Source of the DNA: Mobula hypostoma
Lineage: Eukaryota
Length of the DNA stretch: 64,000 bases
Assembly: GCF_963921235.1 (NCBI RefSeq)
Contig: NC_086097.1
Span: 29,204,001 to 29,268,000 of the forward strand
Direction: 5' to 3'
The position numbers and the translations under genes were made by a program. The number at the start of each line of letters is the position of its first letter. The first letter of the stretch is position 1. The notes under the pieces are model-generated. The model worked only from the letters and a program-made list of their open reading frames with translations, was not told the origin of the DNA and ran no database searches. Positions 1 through 13,145 of this stretch are shown one piece after another.

Positions 1-267
1 AGTACACCACAGGACCTTTGGACTGCAAGCCAATTTCTTTTGACCTCGACTGTTTCTTTCCCAGTCAGACCATAATTATTGTAATAATTATTCTTTCCAT
101 CACTTAAGTCAACGGGGAAGCAATTAGCAACCAGATTGCTGTTCTGAACTGATGCTTGCCAGGTTAGACTTGACATCCCGTTAATGGTCAGGACGGTTCA
201 CGGTCAGTCTGCTCACAGCTTCCCTGGGCATGGGGCTTGTCAGGACTCGGACGTTAAACACAGGACG

Positions 268-640
268 TTCTGCAGATGCTGGACATCCAGAGTAACACAC
301 ACACACACACGGCAGGTGAGGCAGCATCAACGGAGGGGAATAAACAGTCGATGTTTCAGTTCATCAGGACTGGAAAGGAAGGGGGACGGAACCAGAATAA
401 GAAGATGGGAGAGGGGAAGAAGTACAGACTGGAAGGTGACAGGTGAGACCAGGTGAGGGGGAAAGTGGGTGGGTGGGAAAGGCAAAGGGCTGCGGAAGAA
501 GGAATATAATAGGAGAGGAGAGTGGGCCATGGGAAAAAGGGAAGGAGGAGGAGCAGCCGAGGGTAGCGATTGGCAGGCAAGGAGAAGAGAAGGGGTAAGA
601 GCAAAACTGGGAATGGGAAAAGGGGAGAAGGGAGGGTCTG
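268..640 (-). mobile_element. Penelope-like element (PLE) 3' terminal repeat fragment
   Basis: Reverse complement matches the 3' region of the GIY-YIG-bearing copy at 31100-31470 (pyrimidine-rich tract, cagtcCTGATGA..GAAAC, gatgctgcct.acctgc, ccagcatctgcaga). Confidence 0.75.
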
Positions 641-924
641 AAGTTTCAGGGAGTCAGAGGAGATCCTGCCTCTGCTGATACCAGGGGACAGGCAGTTCAG
701 GAGGGTGGATCAGCCCGTTTAGGGGGACCAGGGTTTCCGGAGCTCTCTTCCCAACAAGCTGTGGTTCCGCGGTCAATTGGAAAGGGTTAGGATGAAGCGG
801 CAAAAAGACTGATATGCACCAGTGACGTTAAGAGTTGCGGATTAAGAGGGGTGTGACTAGATACGGATTGCTACATCTTATTGGTAGAAAAACTGGTGGA
901 ACAGAATGGGATAAGATCAAAGGA

Positions 925-1490
925 CTATAAGAGGGGAATAGAATCAAGCCATTTATCCCATCGAGTCTGTTCCTCCATTCCATCACGGCTGATTTATTAA
1001 CCCTCTCAACCCCATTCTCCTGCCTTCTCCCTGTAACCTTTAATGCCTTTACTAATCAGAGAACTATCAACCTCCACTTTAAATATACCCAATGACCTGG
1101 CCTCCATAGTCACCCGTGGCAAAGAATTCCAGAGATTCATCTGCGCTTTGGTGAGAGAAATTCTTTCTCATCTCTGTTCTATTCTGAGGCCGTGCCCTCT
1201 GATCTTGGACTCTCCCACGATAGGAAACATCCTCCCTACATCCACTCTACCTTTCAATATTCAGTGGACTTCAGTGAGATCCCCTCTCGTTCTGCTGAAC
1301 AGTGAGCACAGGCCCAGAGCCATCAAAAGCTCCCCAAACATTAACCCTTTCATTCCCAGGATCATTCTCGTGTACCTCCTCTGGACCCCGTCTAATGCCA
1401 GCACATTCTTTATTAGATCAGGGATCCAAAACTGCTCATGATACTCCAAGTACGGTCTGGCCAATGCCTTATAAAGCCTCAGCATTACTT
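925..1490 (-). mobile_element. CR1/HER1-type LINE 3' fragment
   Basis: Minus-strand peptide VMLRLYKALARPYLEY..FW matches the ORF2 C-terminus of the full-length copy; typical 3' UTR follows. Confidence 0.85.
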
Positions 1491-1496
1491 GTTCAT

Positions 1497-1960
1497 TATA
1501 CAGTGCACTGAGGTAGAACAAGGTAAAGCAATAACGACGCGGAATATAGTGTAACAGCAACAGAGAAAGCACAGTGCAGGCAGACACTGAGGTGCAAGAC
1601 CATGACGAGGTAGAGTAGATTGTGAGGTCAGGAGCGTCGTCTCATTGTAGAAGAGGTCCACTGCAGTGTCAGCAGGGTAGAAGCTGCCCCTGACCCTGGT
1701 AGCTGCAAGAAGATGACATGGCCCCGATGGTGGTTGTCTGATGACGGACGTTGCCTTGTTAAGGCAGTGCCTCCTGTAGATACTCCCGATGGTGAGGAAG
1801 GGGATGTGCCGATAATGTCCAGGGCAGAGTCCGCTACTCTGTGCACCCTTACACCCTGTGCGGTGGACAGTGATGAGACCGGACGGGACACTTTCACCAG
1901 TACTTCTGTGGAAGTTTGTCAGAGTGTTCAGTGGCAAACTGCACCTCCTTACCCTCCTAA
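1497..1960 (-). mobile_element. Rex1/Babar-type LINE 3' fragment, degraded
   Basis: Remnant TLTNFHRSTGES.. and GSFYP motifs, plus a 3' UTR shared with other copies in the window. Confidence 0.65.
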
Positions 1961-1968
1961 GAGTCGGG

Positions 1969-2117
1969 GTGTGGGTGGAAACCGGAGCACCCAGAGGAAA
2001 CCCACACAGTCATGGGGAGAGCATCCTGACCCCACACAGGCATCAGCCGAGGTCAGGATCGAACCCGGGTCACGGGAGACGAGAGGGAGTGGCTGTACCT
2101 GCTACACCACTGTGCCA
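1969..2117 (-). mobile_element. tRNA-derived SINE (HE1/V-SINE-like)
   Basis: Minus strand reads ggcacagtggtgtagcaggt..gggttcgatcc (A and B boxes), then gggtttcctctgggtgctccggtttcc (V-domain-like core). Many similar copies occur across the window. Confidence 0.75.
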
Positions 2118-2681
2118 GCCCTTTCAGCTCTTTGTCCTTCTGTTGCCTTATCCTGTCTTCGTCACATCTTGTCATCCTTCTTGTCAGCTCTGCGTGAATG
2201 TTTACCCCCTTGGACCCCCTTCTCCCGGAGACTGGTTTGCCTATGCATGGTTGCTTCCAGCCTCTCCTTTTCCCTCCACATCTGGCGATTCCCGTTGGAA
2301 TTTTAGATTTCAGCAGTTTAGCAGTTGTTGGCAGTTTGTTCTGATTCAGCAGTTCATCAGTCTCTGTGCTGGGCTGCGAGCGTCACCGCCTTTCAGACGT
2401 CTCCATATGCAGCAAGACCAAGATGATCACCTGCCACCATTCCTTTCATCCTTCTCAAAAGCGGAGAAACACACAAAAAAAGCAGAAATTAGGAGCAGGG
2501 TTGCCCTCTTCATTGTCTGCCTGCGCTGCACTTTCTCTGCGACCGTAACACTTTATTCTGCACTCTGTGATTGTTGTGCCATGTACCACCTCAATGTGAA
2601 ATAACCTGTAGCTGGTACATTTTATTCTGCACGACTATTGCCTTACCTTGTTCTACTCAATGTGATGAAACAATCTGTATG

Positions 2682-3576
2682 CTGTGAGGAGGATGCTAAG
2701 AGGATGCAGGGTGACTTGGATAGGTTGGGTGAGTGGGCAAATTCATGGCAGATGCTATTTAATGTGGATAAATGTGAGGTTATCCACTTTGGTGGCAAGA
2801 ACAGGAAAACAGATTATTATCTGAATGGTGGCCGATTAGGAAAAAGGGGAGGTGCAACGAGACCTGGGTGTCATTGTACACCAGTCATTGAAAGTGGGCA
2901 TGCAGGTACAGCAGGCGGTGAAAAAGGCAAATGGTATGCTGGCATTTATAGCAAGAGGATTCGAGTACAGGAGCAGGGAGGTACTACTGCAGTTGTACAA
3001 GGCCTTGGTGAGACCACACCTGGAGTATTGCGTGCAGTTTTGGTCTCCTAATCTGAGGAAAGACATTCTTGCCATAGAGGGAGTACAAAGAAGGTTCACC
3101 AGATTGATTCCTGGGATGGCAGGACTTTCATATGATGAAAGACTGGATCGACTAGGCTCATACTCGCTGGAATTTAGAAGATTGAGGGGGGATCTTATTG
3201 AAACGTATAAAATTCTAAAGGGATTGGACAGGCTAGATGCAGGAAGATTGTTCCCGATGTTGGGGAAGTCAAGAACGAGGGGTCACGGTTTAAGGATAAA
3301 GGGGAAGCCTTTTAGGACCGATATGAGGAAAAACTTCTTCACACAGAGAGTGGTGAATCTGTGGAATTCTCTGATACAGGAAACAGTTGAGGCCAGTTCA
3401 TTGGCTATATTTAAGAGGGAGTTAGATATGACCCTTGTGGCTAAAGGGATCAGGGGTATGGAGGGAAGGCGGTACAGGGTTCTGAGTTGGATGATCAGCC
3501 ATGATCATACTGAATGACGGTGCAGGCTCGAAGGGCTGAATGGCCTACTCCTGCACCTATTTTCTATGTTTCTATG
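2682..3576 (+). mobile_element. Young 5'-truncated CR1 LINE with (TTTCTATG)n tail
   Basis: ORF2 C-terminal peptides (2638-3051 and 2852-3517, separated by a frameshift); tail at 3561-3576; tgtatg at 2676-2681 and 3575-3580 as probable TSD; very similar to 54912-55803. Confidence 0.93.
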
Positions 3577-3809
3577 TATGGACAAGCTTTTCCCTGTAAC
3601 TCTGTACATGACAACAAAAAACCAGTTTACCAATTTACCAACTGCGCAATTCGCTCCTGAAAGTCAGTCACCTTCTCTCCATACCCTTTAGTCTTCTGAC
3701 ATCAAGGAATCTATCCACCTCCTTCTTAAATACATTTACAGTTTTATAACCTGGAACAGTACAACACTGGGATGGGCCCTTCACCCCACAGTGTGCTGAA
3801 CATGAGTTG

Positions 3810-4342
3810 GGGTATTGTCACCTCATTATAGGAAAGATGTGGAAGCTTTAGAGAGAGTGCAGCAGAGGTTTACCAGGATGCTGCCTGGGTTAGAGAGCAT
3901 GCTTTATGAGGATAGGTCGAGCCAGTTTGGGATTTTCTCTCTTTGGAGCAAAGGAGGATGAGAGGTGACTTGATAGAGGTGTACAAGATGATAAGAGGCA
4001 CTGATCAAGTGGACAGTTAGAGACTTTTCCCTGGGATGGAAATGGCTAATATGAGCAGGCATAATTTTAAGGTGATTGGAGGAAAGTCCAGGGGACTGGG
4101 ATGTCAGAGATAAGTTCTCTACATAGGGAGACGAGGGTGTGTAGAAAGCACTGCCAGGGTTAGTGACGGTGACAGGTGCATTAAGGACATTTAGGAGACT
4201 CTTAGGTAGGCACATGCGTGAAAGAAAAATAGAGGGCTATGTGGGAGGGAAGGGTTAGATTGCACTTGGAGTAGGTTCAATGGTCAGCACAACATTGTGG
4301 GCCAAAGGGCCTGCACTGTGCTGTAGTGTTCTTTGTTCTATG
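3810..4342 (+). mobile_element. Older CR1-like LINE 3' fragment
   Basis: Degenerate ALERVQQRFTRMLPG and RMRGDLIEVYKM coding remnant, followed by a tgttct/ttctatg-type tail. Confidence 0.8.
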
Positions 4343-5249
4343 ATGCCGAATTAAACTAAATCTCTTCTGCCTGCACGTGATCCATATCCTCTATTTCATG
4401 CACATTCATGTCTAACAACCTCTTCAGCACCACTTTTGAATCTTCTTCCACCACTAGCCCTGGCAGCCCATTTCAGAGACCTACCAGAAGAACTGCTACA
4501 CAATCTCCTTTAAACTTCCCCTTTGTCATTTCTAATTCATGTCCTCTAGTATATGACATTCCTACCCTGGAAAAAAGATTCTGATTGTCACCTCTTGTAA
4601 TTTTATAAACCTTCCGCCCCAGTGAGCCCGCGCTGCCCAATTACACCCATGTGACGCATTAACCTACTAACCCGTACGTCTTTGGAATGTGGGAGGAAAC
4701 CAGAGCACCTGGCGGAAACCCACACCGAGACAGGACCAACATACAAATTTCTTGCAGACTGCAGTGGAACTGAATTCAGGTCATTGGTGCTATAATAACA
4801 TGACGCTAACTGCTTTGTTACAGTATCACCCAGTATTATACCTCACGTGCTCTAATCTGCTCCTCTGTACCTTTTCCAAAGCCTTTAGATATTTACTGTA
4901 AAGAAGGACCAGAATTGGACACAATACTCCAAGTACGTCAGCAGCATTGGATTTCTACAGTGCTACAAGCAGGCCTTTTGGCGCATATTGACCAAGTTGT
5001 CGAACTGAGCTGATAGCATTTGACCAATACCACTGGAAACCTTTCCTGCCCAAATGCCTCCTAAATGTTGTAATTGTACCTGCCTCAGTCACTTTCTCCG
5101 GCAGCTCGTTCCACACACCCACCGCCCTCTGTGGGAAAAGGTTGCGCATCAACATCCTTTCAAATTTTCCCCCGTTCACGCTCATCCCATGTCTTTAAAT
5201 CTTAGACTCCCCTGATTGTATTCTGCATATGGAAATGTCCTGAGCTTCA

Positions 5250-5705
5250 TGGGAATGAAAGGGTTAACGAGTGAGGAGCATTTGATGTCTCTGGGCCTGT
5301 ACTCGCTGAATTTAGAAGAATGGTTGGGGGAGGTGGGGATCTCATTGAAACTGACTGAATATTGAAAGAGCAGGAAAGAGTGGCTATTTCCTTTAGCGGG
5401 GTAGTCTAGGACTAGAGGGCACAGACTCAGAATTGAAGGATGTCCCTTTACAGCAGAGATGAGGAGGGATTTCCTCAGTCAGAGAGTGGTGAATCTGTGG
5501 AATTCATCATCACAGCTAACTGTGGAGGCCAAATCATTGAGTATATTTAAAGCGGAGGTTGATAGGTTCTTGGTTAGTCAGGGTGTTAAAGGTTACAGGG
5601 AGAAGGCAGGAGAATGAGGTTGAGAGGGATAATAAATTAGCCATGATGGAATGACCAGACTCGGTGGGCCAAATGGCCTAATTCTGTTCCTATGTCTTAT
5701 GGTCT
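5250..5705 (+). mobile_element. CR1 LINE 3' fragment
   Basis: RVVNLWNS remnant; 3' UTR aatggcctaattctg..cctatgtcttatggtct. Confidence 0.85.
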
Positions 5706-6504
5706 TTTTCTGTCCACAATGGAGGCTGGTTTCTGTGAGGTGCCTGCCTCTCCTTCGCACAGTCCCACTCGGAGAGGAGAAGAGGCCGTTGACGGTGACT
5801 GAAGTGGGACCACGGTGCACTAGACAGACAGCCCCTGTGGAATACGTGGTAGGAAAGTCCAAGTAACGGGACAGCCAAAAAGCAAGTGAATCAAGAAACC
5901 TCTTAGCCTCAGAGCTCACTCTTCCTGTGCAACGCTGACTGGCTCAGGCAAGAATTCTCTGTGACTAATTAACTTAATGCCCTGCACAGAAAACCTGCTT
6001 GCCTGAGCCTCATGGACTATTCAGCTGATGTAAATGGATAGATTTATATATATGTGGAGAAAAGGAGGAGAAAGTTCTGAGCTGGATTTAGGTTAATTTC
6101 CTTCCAATTAGACGAAGGAACGATTTATGCTTTCAGGTCCTCAAATCCATCCTGTTCCATTTATTAAATCAACGATGAAATCCCCAAAACTCTGTTACGA
6201 ATTCTCTTCCTGCGTATACAGTTTCAGTATCTACACAAGAGTTTGACATGCAAACCCTATTAATTTATCAGGGCCAGCTCAGAATCAAATGTGGACTTTT
6301 CTCTCTCGGCAAACAGCTGCTTCGAGGAGAGGCACTTTCCCAGCTTGGGGGTAGGGGTGGGGGCAGGGGGACCCTGAATGGATCAGTGTGCTGTCTGCAG
6401 CAGCCAGGGCAGGCCACTGACTGATGCCTGGGACCTGCCGTCAGCGTGGGTTTCAGTGCCTCCAAGCCTGCGTTTCTGCAGCACCTTTGACAAACTGATA
6501 ATCA

Positions 6505-6856
6505 TGTAGCAAAGTGTATGGTCGTGCATTTTGGTGGAAGGAATAGATTATTTTCTAAACGGGGAGCAAATTCATCAGGGGTGCAAAGGGGCTTGAGAAT
6601 CCTTATGCAGGATTCCCTAAAAGGTTAACTTTTAACTTGCAGGTAGGGAAGCCAAATGTAATGTTAGCATTCATTTTGAGAGGACTAGAATATAAAAGCA
6701 AGGCTGTAATGCTGAGGCTTTATAAGGCATTGGTCAGACCGCACTTGAGAGTATCGCGAGCGGTTTTGGGCCCCTTATCTAAGAAAGGATGTGCTGGTAT
6801 CAGAGAGGGTCTGGGGAAGTTCACGAGAATGATCCCGGGAGTGAAAGGGTTAATGA
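6505..6856 (+). mobile_element. CR1 ORF2 internal fragment
   Basis: MLAFILRGLEYKSKAVMLRLYKALVRPHL. Confidence 0.8.
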
Positions 6857-7015
6857 GTGGAGGGGCCACTGCAGAGGATCATAAAAAAGCTGCAGAAAGT
6901 AGCAAACTCAGCCAGCTCCCTCATGGGCAATAACCTCCCCAAGATCGAGGACATCTTCAGAAGATGATACCTCAAAAAGGCAGCATCCATCACCAACGAC
7001 CCCAGAACATGCCGC

Positions 7016-8672
7016 GAAGACGCACGCTCAGAAACAGGAAGGTGAAGACACACGTTCAGGAACAGGAACGTGGAGATGCACACTCAGGAAGAGGAACGTG
7101 ACTACACACACTCAGGAACGGGAACACGATTACACACACTCAGGAACAGGAACACGATTACACACACTCAGGAACAGGAACGTGATTACACACACTCAGG
7201 AACGGGAACGTGAAGACGCACACTCAGGAACAGGAACATGATTACACACACTCAGGAACGGGAACGTGAAGACACACACTCAGGAACAGGAACGTGAAGA
7301 CGCACACTCAGGAACAGGAACATGATTACACACACTCAGGAACGGGAACGTGAAGACACACACTCAGGAACAGGAACGTGAAGACGCACACTCAGGAACA
7401 GGAACATGATTACACACACTCAGGAACGGGAACGTGAAGACACACACTCAGGAACAGGAACGTGAAGACGCACACTCAGGAACAGGAACGTGATTACACA
7501 CACTCATGAATGGGAATCTGAAGACGCACACTCAGCTACGGGAACTTCAAGACGCACGCTCAGGAACAGGAATGTGACTACACACGCTCAGGAACGGGAA
7601 CGCGAAGACACACGCTCAGTGACGGGAATGTGATTACACACACTCAGGAACAGGAACACGATTACACACACTCAGGAACAGGAACGTGAAGACACTCACT
7701 CAGTAACGGGAACGTGATTACACACACTCAGGAACGGGAATGTGATTACACACACTCAGGAACAGGAATGTGATTACACACATGCAGGAACAGGAACATG
7801 ATTACACACACCCAGGAACTGGAATGTTAAGATGCACACTGAGGAACAGGAACATGAAGACACACACTCAGGAATGGGAACGCGATTACACACACTCAGG
7901 AACAGGAATGTGATTACGCACACTCAGGAACAGGAATGTGATTACACACACTCAGGAACGGGAACGTGATTATGCACACTCAGGAAGGGGAACGCGATTA
8001 CACACAGTCAGGAACAGGAATGTGATTACACACACTCAGGAATGAGAGCATGATTACGCACAATCAGGAGCAGGAACGTGAAGATGCACACTCAGGAACA
8101 GGAACGCAAAGATGCACACTCAGGTATGAGAACGTGAAGATGCACACTCAGGAACGGGAACATGAAGACACACACTCAGTGACGGGAATGTGATTACACA
8201 CACTCAAGAACAGGAACATGATTACACACACTCAGGAACAGGAACGTGAAGACACACACTCAGTAACGGGAATGTGATTACACACACTCAGGAACAGGAA
8301 CGTGATTACACACACTCAGGAACAGGAATGTGATTACACACATGCAGGAACAGGAACGTGATTACACACACCCAGGAACTGGAATGTGAAGATGCACACT
8401 GAGGAACAGGAACATGAAGACACACACTCAGGAGCGAGAACGCGAAGACACACACTCAGGAACAGGAACGTGAAGATGCACACTCAGGAATGGGAACGCG
8501 ATTACACACACTCAGGAACAGGAACATGATTACACACACTCAGGACAGGAACATGATTACACACACTCAGGAACAGGAATGCGATTACACACACTCAGGA
8601 ACGGGAACGCGAAGATACACACTTAGGAACTGGAACGTGAAGACACGAACGGGAACGTGAAGACACACTCAG
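7016..8672. repeat. 28-bp minisatellite, about 59 units by length
   Basis: Unit cacacactcaggaac(a/g)ggaacgtg(atta/aaga) repeats continuously; Rex1-type 3' sequence flanks both sides. Confidence 0.97.
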
Positions 8673-9044
8673 AGCTTCAGGGACAGCTTTCCCTCTCACC
8701 ATCTGAGTTCTGAATGCATGAGGATCCCATCGAACATAAACAAAGAAATCTATAGCACATTACCGGCCCTTCGGCCCACAATGTTGTGCCAACCATGTAA
8801 CCTACTCTAGAAACTGCCTTGAATTTCCCTACTGCAGGGCCCTCTATTTTTATAAGCTCCAATTACCTAAGAAACTGTTGTATCCACTTCCACCACCATT
8901 GCTGGCAGTGCATTCCACGCACTCACCACTCTCTGTGTGAAAAACTTACCCCTGACATACCCATGTCAGGGTTTACCATGTAGACCACCTCACTATTTTC
9001 CCTATCTTTTGCACAGCTGATTTAGTTTAATTCAGTTGTTAATG

Positions 9045-10745
9045 TATATATTTGTCATTGTTATGTATAGTTTTTATTATTCTACATTGCACTGTGCTGC
9101 TGTAAAACAACAAATATCACAACATACGCCGGTGATACTAAACCTGATTCTGATTCTGATTCTGACGTGTGCGGAGCATTTGCTGGCTCTAGGCTTGTAC
9201 TCACTGGAGTTTAGCAGAATGGGGATGTTGGATCTCATTGAAACTTATCCAATACTCAAAAGCCTAAACGGAGTGGAAATGGAGAAGGTGTTTTTTATTG
9301 TGGGGAAGTCTAAAACCAGAGGACACCCCCTCAAAATAGAGGGACATACCTTTAGAACAGAGATAAGGAGGAATTTCTTTAGCCAGAGGGTGGTGAATCT
9401 GTGGAATTCATTGCCACAGATGGCTGTGGAGGCCAAGTCATTGGGTACATTTAAAATGGAGCTTGATGGCTTCTTGATTAGTAAGGTCATAAATGGTTCT
9501 GGGGAGAAGGCAGCAGAATAGGGTTGAGAGGGAGAATAAATCAGCCATGACGGAATGGCAGAGCAAACTCGATGATCTGTATGGCCTAATTCTGCTCCTA
9601 TGTGTCATGATCCTAAACTCCACACTCAAAGTACTTCCACAGCACAAGATACATTTCTGTTAGTGTTCATACAGATCAAACCATCACACAGTGCATTGAG
9701 GTCGTACAAGGTAAAATAAAGTGCAAAAGTTACTGAAAAAGTACGTTGCAGGTAAACAATAAAGTGCAAATTCATAATGAGGTGGATTGCGAGGCCAAGA
9801 TTCCATCTTATTGTATAAGAGGTCATTCTAGAATCTGATAACAGTGGGATAGACGCTGTCTTAAAGTCTGTGGCACATGCTTTCAGGCTTTTGTTTCTTC
9901 TGTACAATGGGAGAGGGCAGAAGGGAGGAGGGAGGAGAAATGTGTCTTGTGCTGTGGAAATACTTTGGGAATGTGGAATTTACGACGGTGAAACATAGGA
10001 GCAGAATCAGGCTATTCGGCCCATTGAGTGTGCTCTGACATTTTATCATGGATGTATTATTACCCCTCTCAACACCATCCTCATGCCTTCTCCCCATGAC
10101 TAATCAAGAACCCATCAAACTCCATTTTAAATATACCCAATGACTTGGCCTCCACAGCCATCTGTGGATCTGTGGAATGCTCTGCCTCAGAGGGTAGTGG
10201 AGGCCAATTCTCTGGATGCTTTCAAGAAAGTTAGAGCTCTTAATGATAGCGGAGTGAAGGGATATGGGGAGAAGGCAGGAACGGGGTACTGATTGTGGAT
10301 GATCAGCCATGATCACAGTGAATGGTGGTGCTGGCTCGAAGGGCTGAATGGCCTACTCCTGCACCTATTGTTTATTGTCTGTGGCAATGAATTCCTCAGA
10401 TTCATCATCCTCTGGTTAAAGAAATTCCTCCTTATCTCTGTTCTAAAGGTATGTCCCTCTATTCTGAGGGGTGTCCTCTGTCTTAGACCTCCCCACTATA
10501 GAAAACATCTTCTCCATTTCCACTCTGTTTAGGTCTTTCAGTATTGAATAAGTTTCAATGAGTTCCCCCTCATTCTGCTAAACTCCAGTGAGTACAAGCC
10601 CAGAGCCAGCAAATGCTCCGCACACGTCAGAATCAGAATCAGGTTTAGTATCACTGGCATATCTCGTGAAGTTTGTTGTTTTTGCAGCAGCACAGTGCAA
10701 TACGTAATAATTAAAAAACTGTAAATTATGATCAAAATATATATG
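9045..10745. repeat. Diverged inverted duplication (arms about 9045-9658 and 9936-10745)
   Basis: Both arms carry the same Rex-tail/CR1 junction (tctgacgtgtgcggagcatttgctggctct) and the same non-TE segment (aaagta.ttccacagcacaaga.acatttc) in opposite orientation. Confidence 0.88.
10168..10377 (+). mobile_element. Short young CR1 3' end with (CTATTGT)n-type tail and 7-bp TSD
   Basis: tctgtgg at 10161-10167 and 10378-10384; same subfamily as 51617-52029. Confidence 0.9.
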
Positions 10746-13145
10746 CAAGACAAGCTTTTCGCTGTATCTTGGTGCATGTGACAATAATAAACCAATAGCA
10801 ATATCAGCCCTGCCAAAGGGTTTTGGCCCGAAACGTCGACTGTACTTTTTTCCATAGAGGCTGCCTGGCCTGCTGAGTTCCTCCAGCATTTTGTGTGTGT
10901 TGCTCCAATACCAGTACCACCAGGCACAAGGGCAGCTTCTACCCTGCTGTGACAGGACTTTTGAACAGCCCCCTGGTACTTTCACCTCACAATCTAACTC
11001 GTTATGTGCTTGCACCTTATTGTCTGCCTGCCTGCACTTTCTCTAACTGTTACACTTTATCCCGCATTCTGTCATTGTTTTACCTTGTTCGACCTCAGTG
11101 CGCCGTTGTCATGATTTGATCTGTATGAACAAAATGAGCTCAGCAAGTGAGGCAGCATCGATGGAGGGGAGTAAACAGTTCAAAGTTTCACGTGATATTA
11201 ATAAATCGTTACCGATCCCAGCAGTGAAATACCTTGCTTTGCATCAACAGCCCAGTCTGAGGATGTGCTGGAGGGCAACCTGTAAGGTCACCACGTCTCT
11301 GGTGCCAACATAGCACGCCCACAACTTACTAACCCTGACCCATATGTCTTTGGAATGTCTCTGGAACCAAGGAGCCCACGCGGTCACAGGGGAAGGTACA
11401 AATTCCTTACAGACAGCGGAGGGGATGGAAACAGATGGTAGGGATTGAAACAAAGCGGTAAAGCTTTGCGCTAGCTGCTACACTACCATGCAATGGTCTG
11501 TCTGCTTATGCAAACAAAAGTTCTTCAATATCTAACTACATATGAATTGGCTTTAGTATTCTTGACACAGTGAAAGTCTTGTACAGCTCGCACAGATCAA
11601 GTCACTGCACAGTGCATTGAATTAGTACAAGGTAAAAGGACAGCCGAATGCAGAATAAAGTGTAACAGCTACAGAGAAAGTGCCATGCAGGTAGAGAGTA
11701 AGGTGCAAAGCCATGATGAGATAGACTGTGAGGTCAGGAGTTCATTTTATTGTACTAGGGAACCATTCCGTAGTCTTATAACTGGGAGACAGAAGCTGTC
11801 CTTGTGACTGTGGTATGTGCTTTCAGGCTTTTGTGTCTTCTACTTGATGGGAGAGGGGAGAAGAGAGATTGTCCAGAATGCAGTAAAGATTTATAAGGAT
11901 GTTGCTAGAACTCAAGGGATTGAGTTATAAGACCTTATATTCCTTGAAGTGTAGGAGGCCGAGAGGTAATCTTACAGAGATGTATAAAATCATGAGGGGG
12001 AAAAAGGCTGTCGACTGTTCTCAGTCTTTTCCCCAGGGCTGGGGAATCAAGATCTACAGGGTGTAGGTTTAAACAGAGAGAGGAATGAATTAATCGGACC
12101 TTGAAGAGCAATATTTCTTTTCATACACAAAGGGCTGCCAGAGGCAGCTGAGGCAGGTATAACAACAACTCTGCAAAGACAGTTGGACAGGTACATAGAT
12201 TGGACAAGTTTAGAAGGTTATGAGCCGAGTCATAGAGCACTGCAACACAGAAACAGTCCCTTCAGCCCATCAAGTCCATGTCAAGCTATTTATCTGCCTA
12301 GTCCCATCAATATGCACCTGGACCATAGCCCTCCATATCTCTCCCATCCATGTACCTATCCAAATTTCTCTTAAATGTTGAAATCGAGCCCGTATCCAGC
12401 ACTTCCACTGACAGCTCATTTCACACTGTACCTTCTGAATGAAGAAATTCCCCCTCATGTTCCCCTTAAACATTTCACCTTTCACCCTTAACCTATGATC
12501 TCTGGTTGTAGTCTCACCCAACCTCAGTGGAAAAAGCCTGTTTGCATTTACCCGATCTATACTCCTCATAATTTGGTATACTTTGATCTCCCCTCATTTG
12601 TTTATGCCCTAGGGAGTAAGACCAGCTTTGATAGGACGAGGGAAGTTGGACGAGCTTTGATGGGGTATCTTGGTTAGCATGGACCATTTGGGCTGAAGGG
12701 CCTGTTTCTGTGCTTTGTGATTGTACAACTCTACATTCTGTCATTGCTTCTCCTTTGTGCTATCTCAGCACACTGTTGTAATGAGGTCACCTGTAAGGAT
12801 GGCATTTAAAACACAGTTTTATTTCACTGTAGCTCAGTACATGACTATAATAAACCAATTTACCAACTTACCAAGTTAGAAACTTACAAAGTCAATGGTT
12901 TATCCATCGCCTTTTGGCCCTTCCCTCCACCTCCTTATAGTGGCTACCTCCCCTCTAAACTTCAGTCCAGATGAAGAGCCTTAACCAGAAATGTTGACTG
13001 TCCATTCCCTCCACAGATGCTGCCCGACCCATTGAATTCCTCCAGCTTTAAATGAATCTTCCTCTAGTTGGCAAAATTGAACCAACTGTCTGGCACAGAG
13101 ATTGGTTGTACCACTTACAATTAGTGTCTCAGACCACAAGACATA

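Noticed and set aside
1713..2604. 197-aa and 248-aa ORFs
   Set aside because: They cross antisense Rex and SINE sequence into unique DNA and show no protein-like motifs.
7016..8672. CRISPR-like array (28-bp repeats)
   Set aside because: Units are head-to-tail with no unique spacers, there are no cas genes, and the context is a vertebrate TE landscape.
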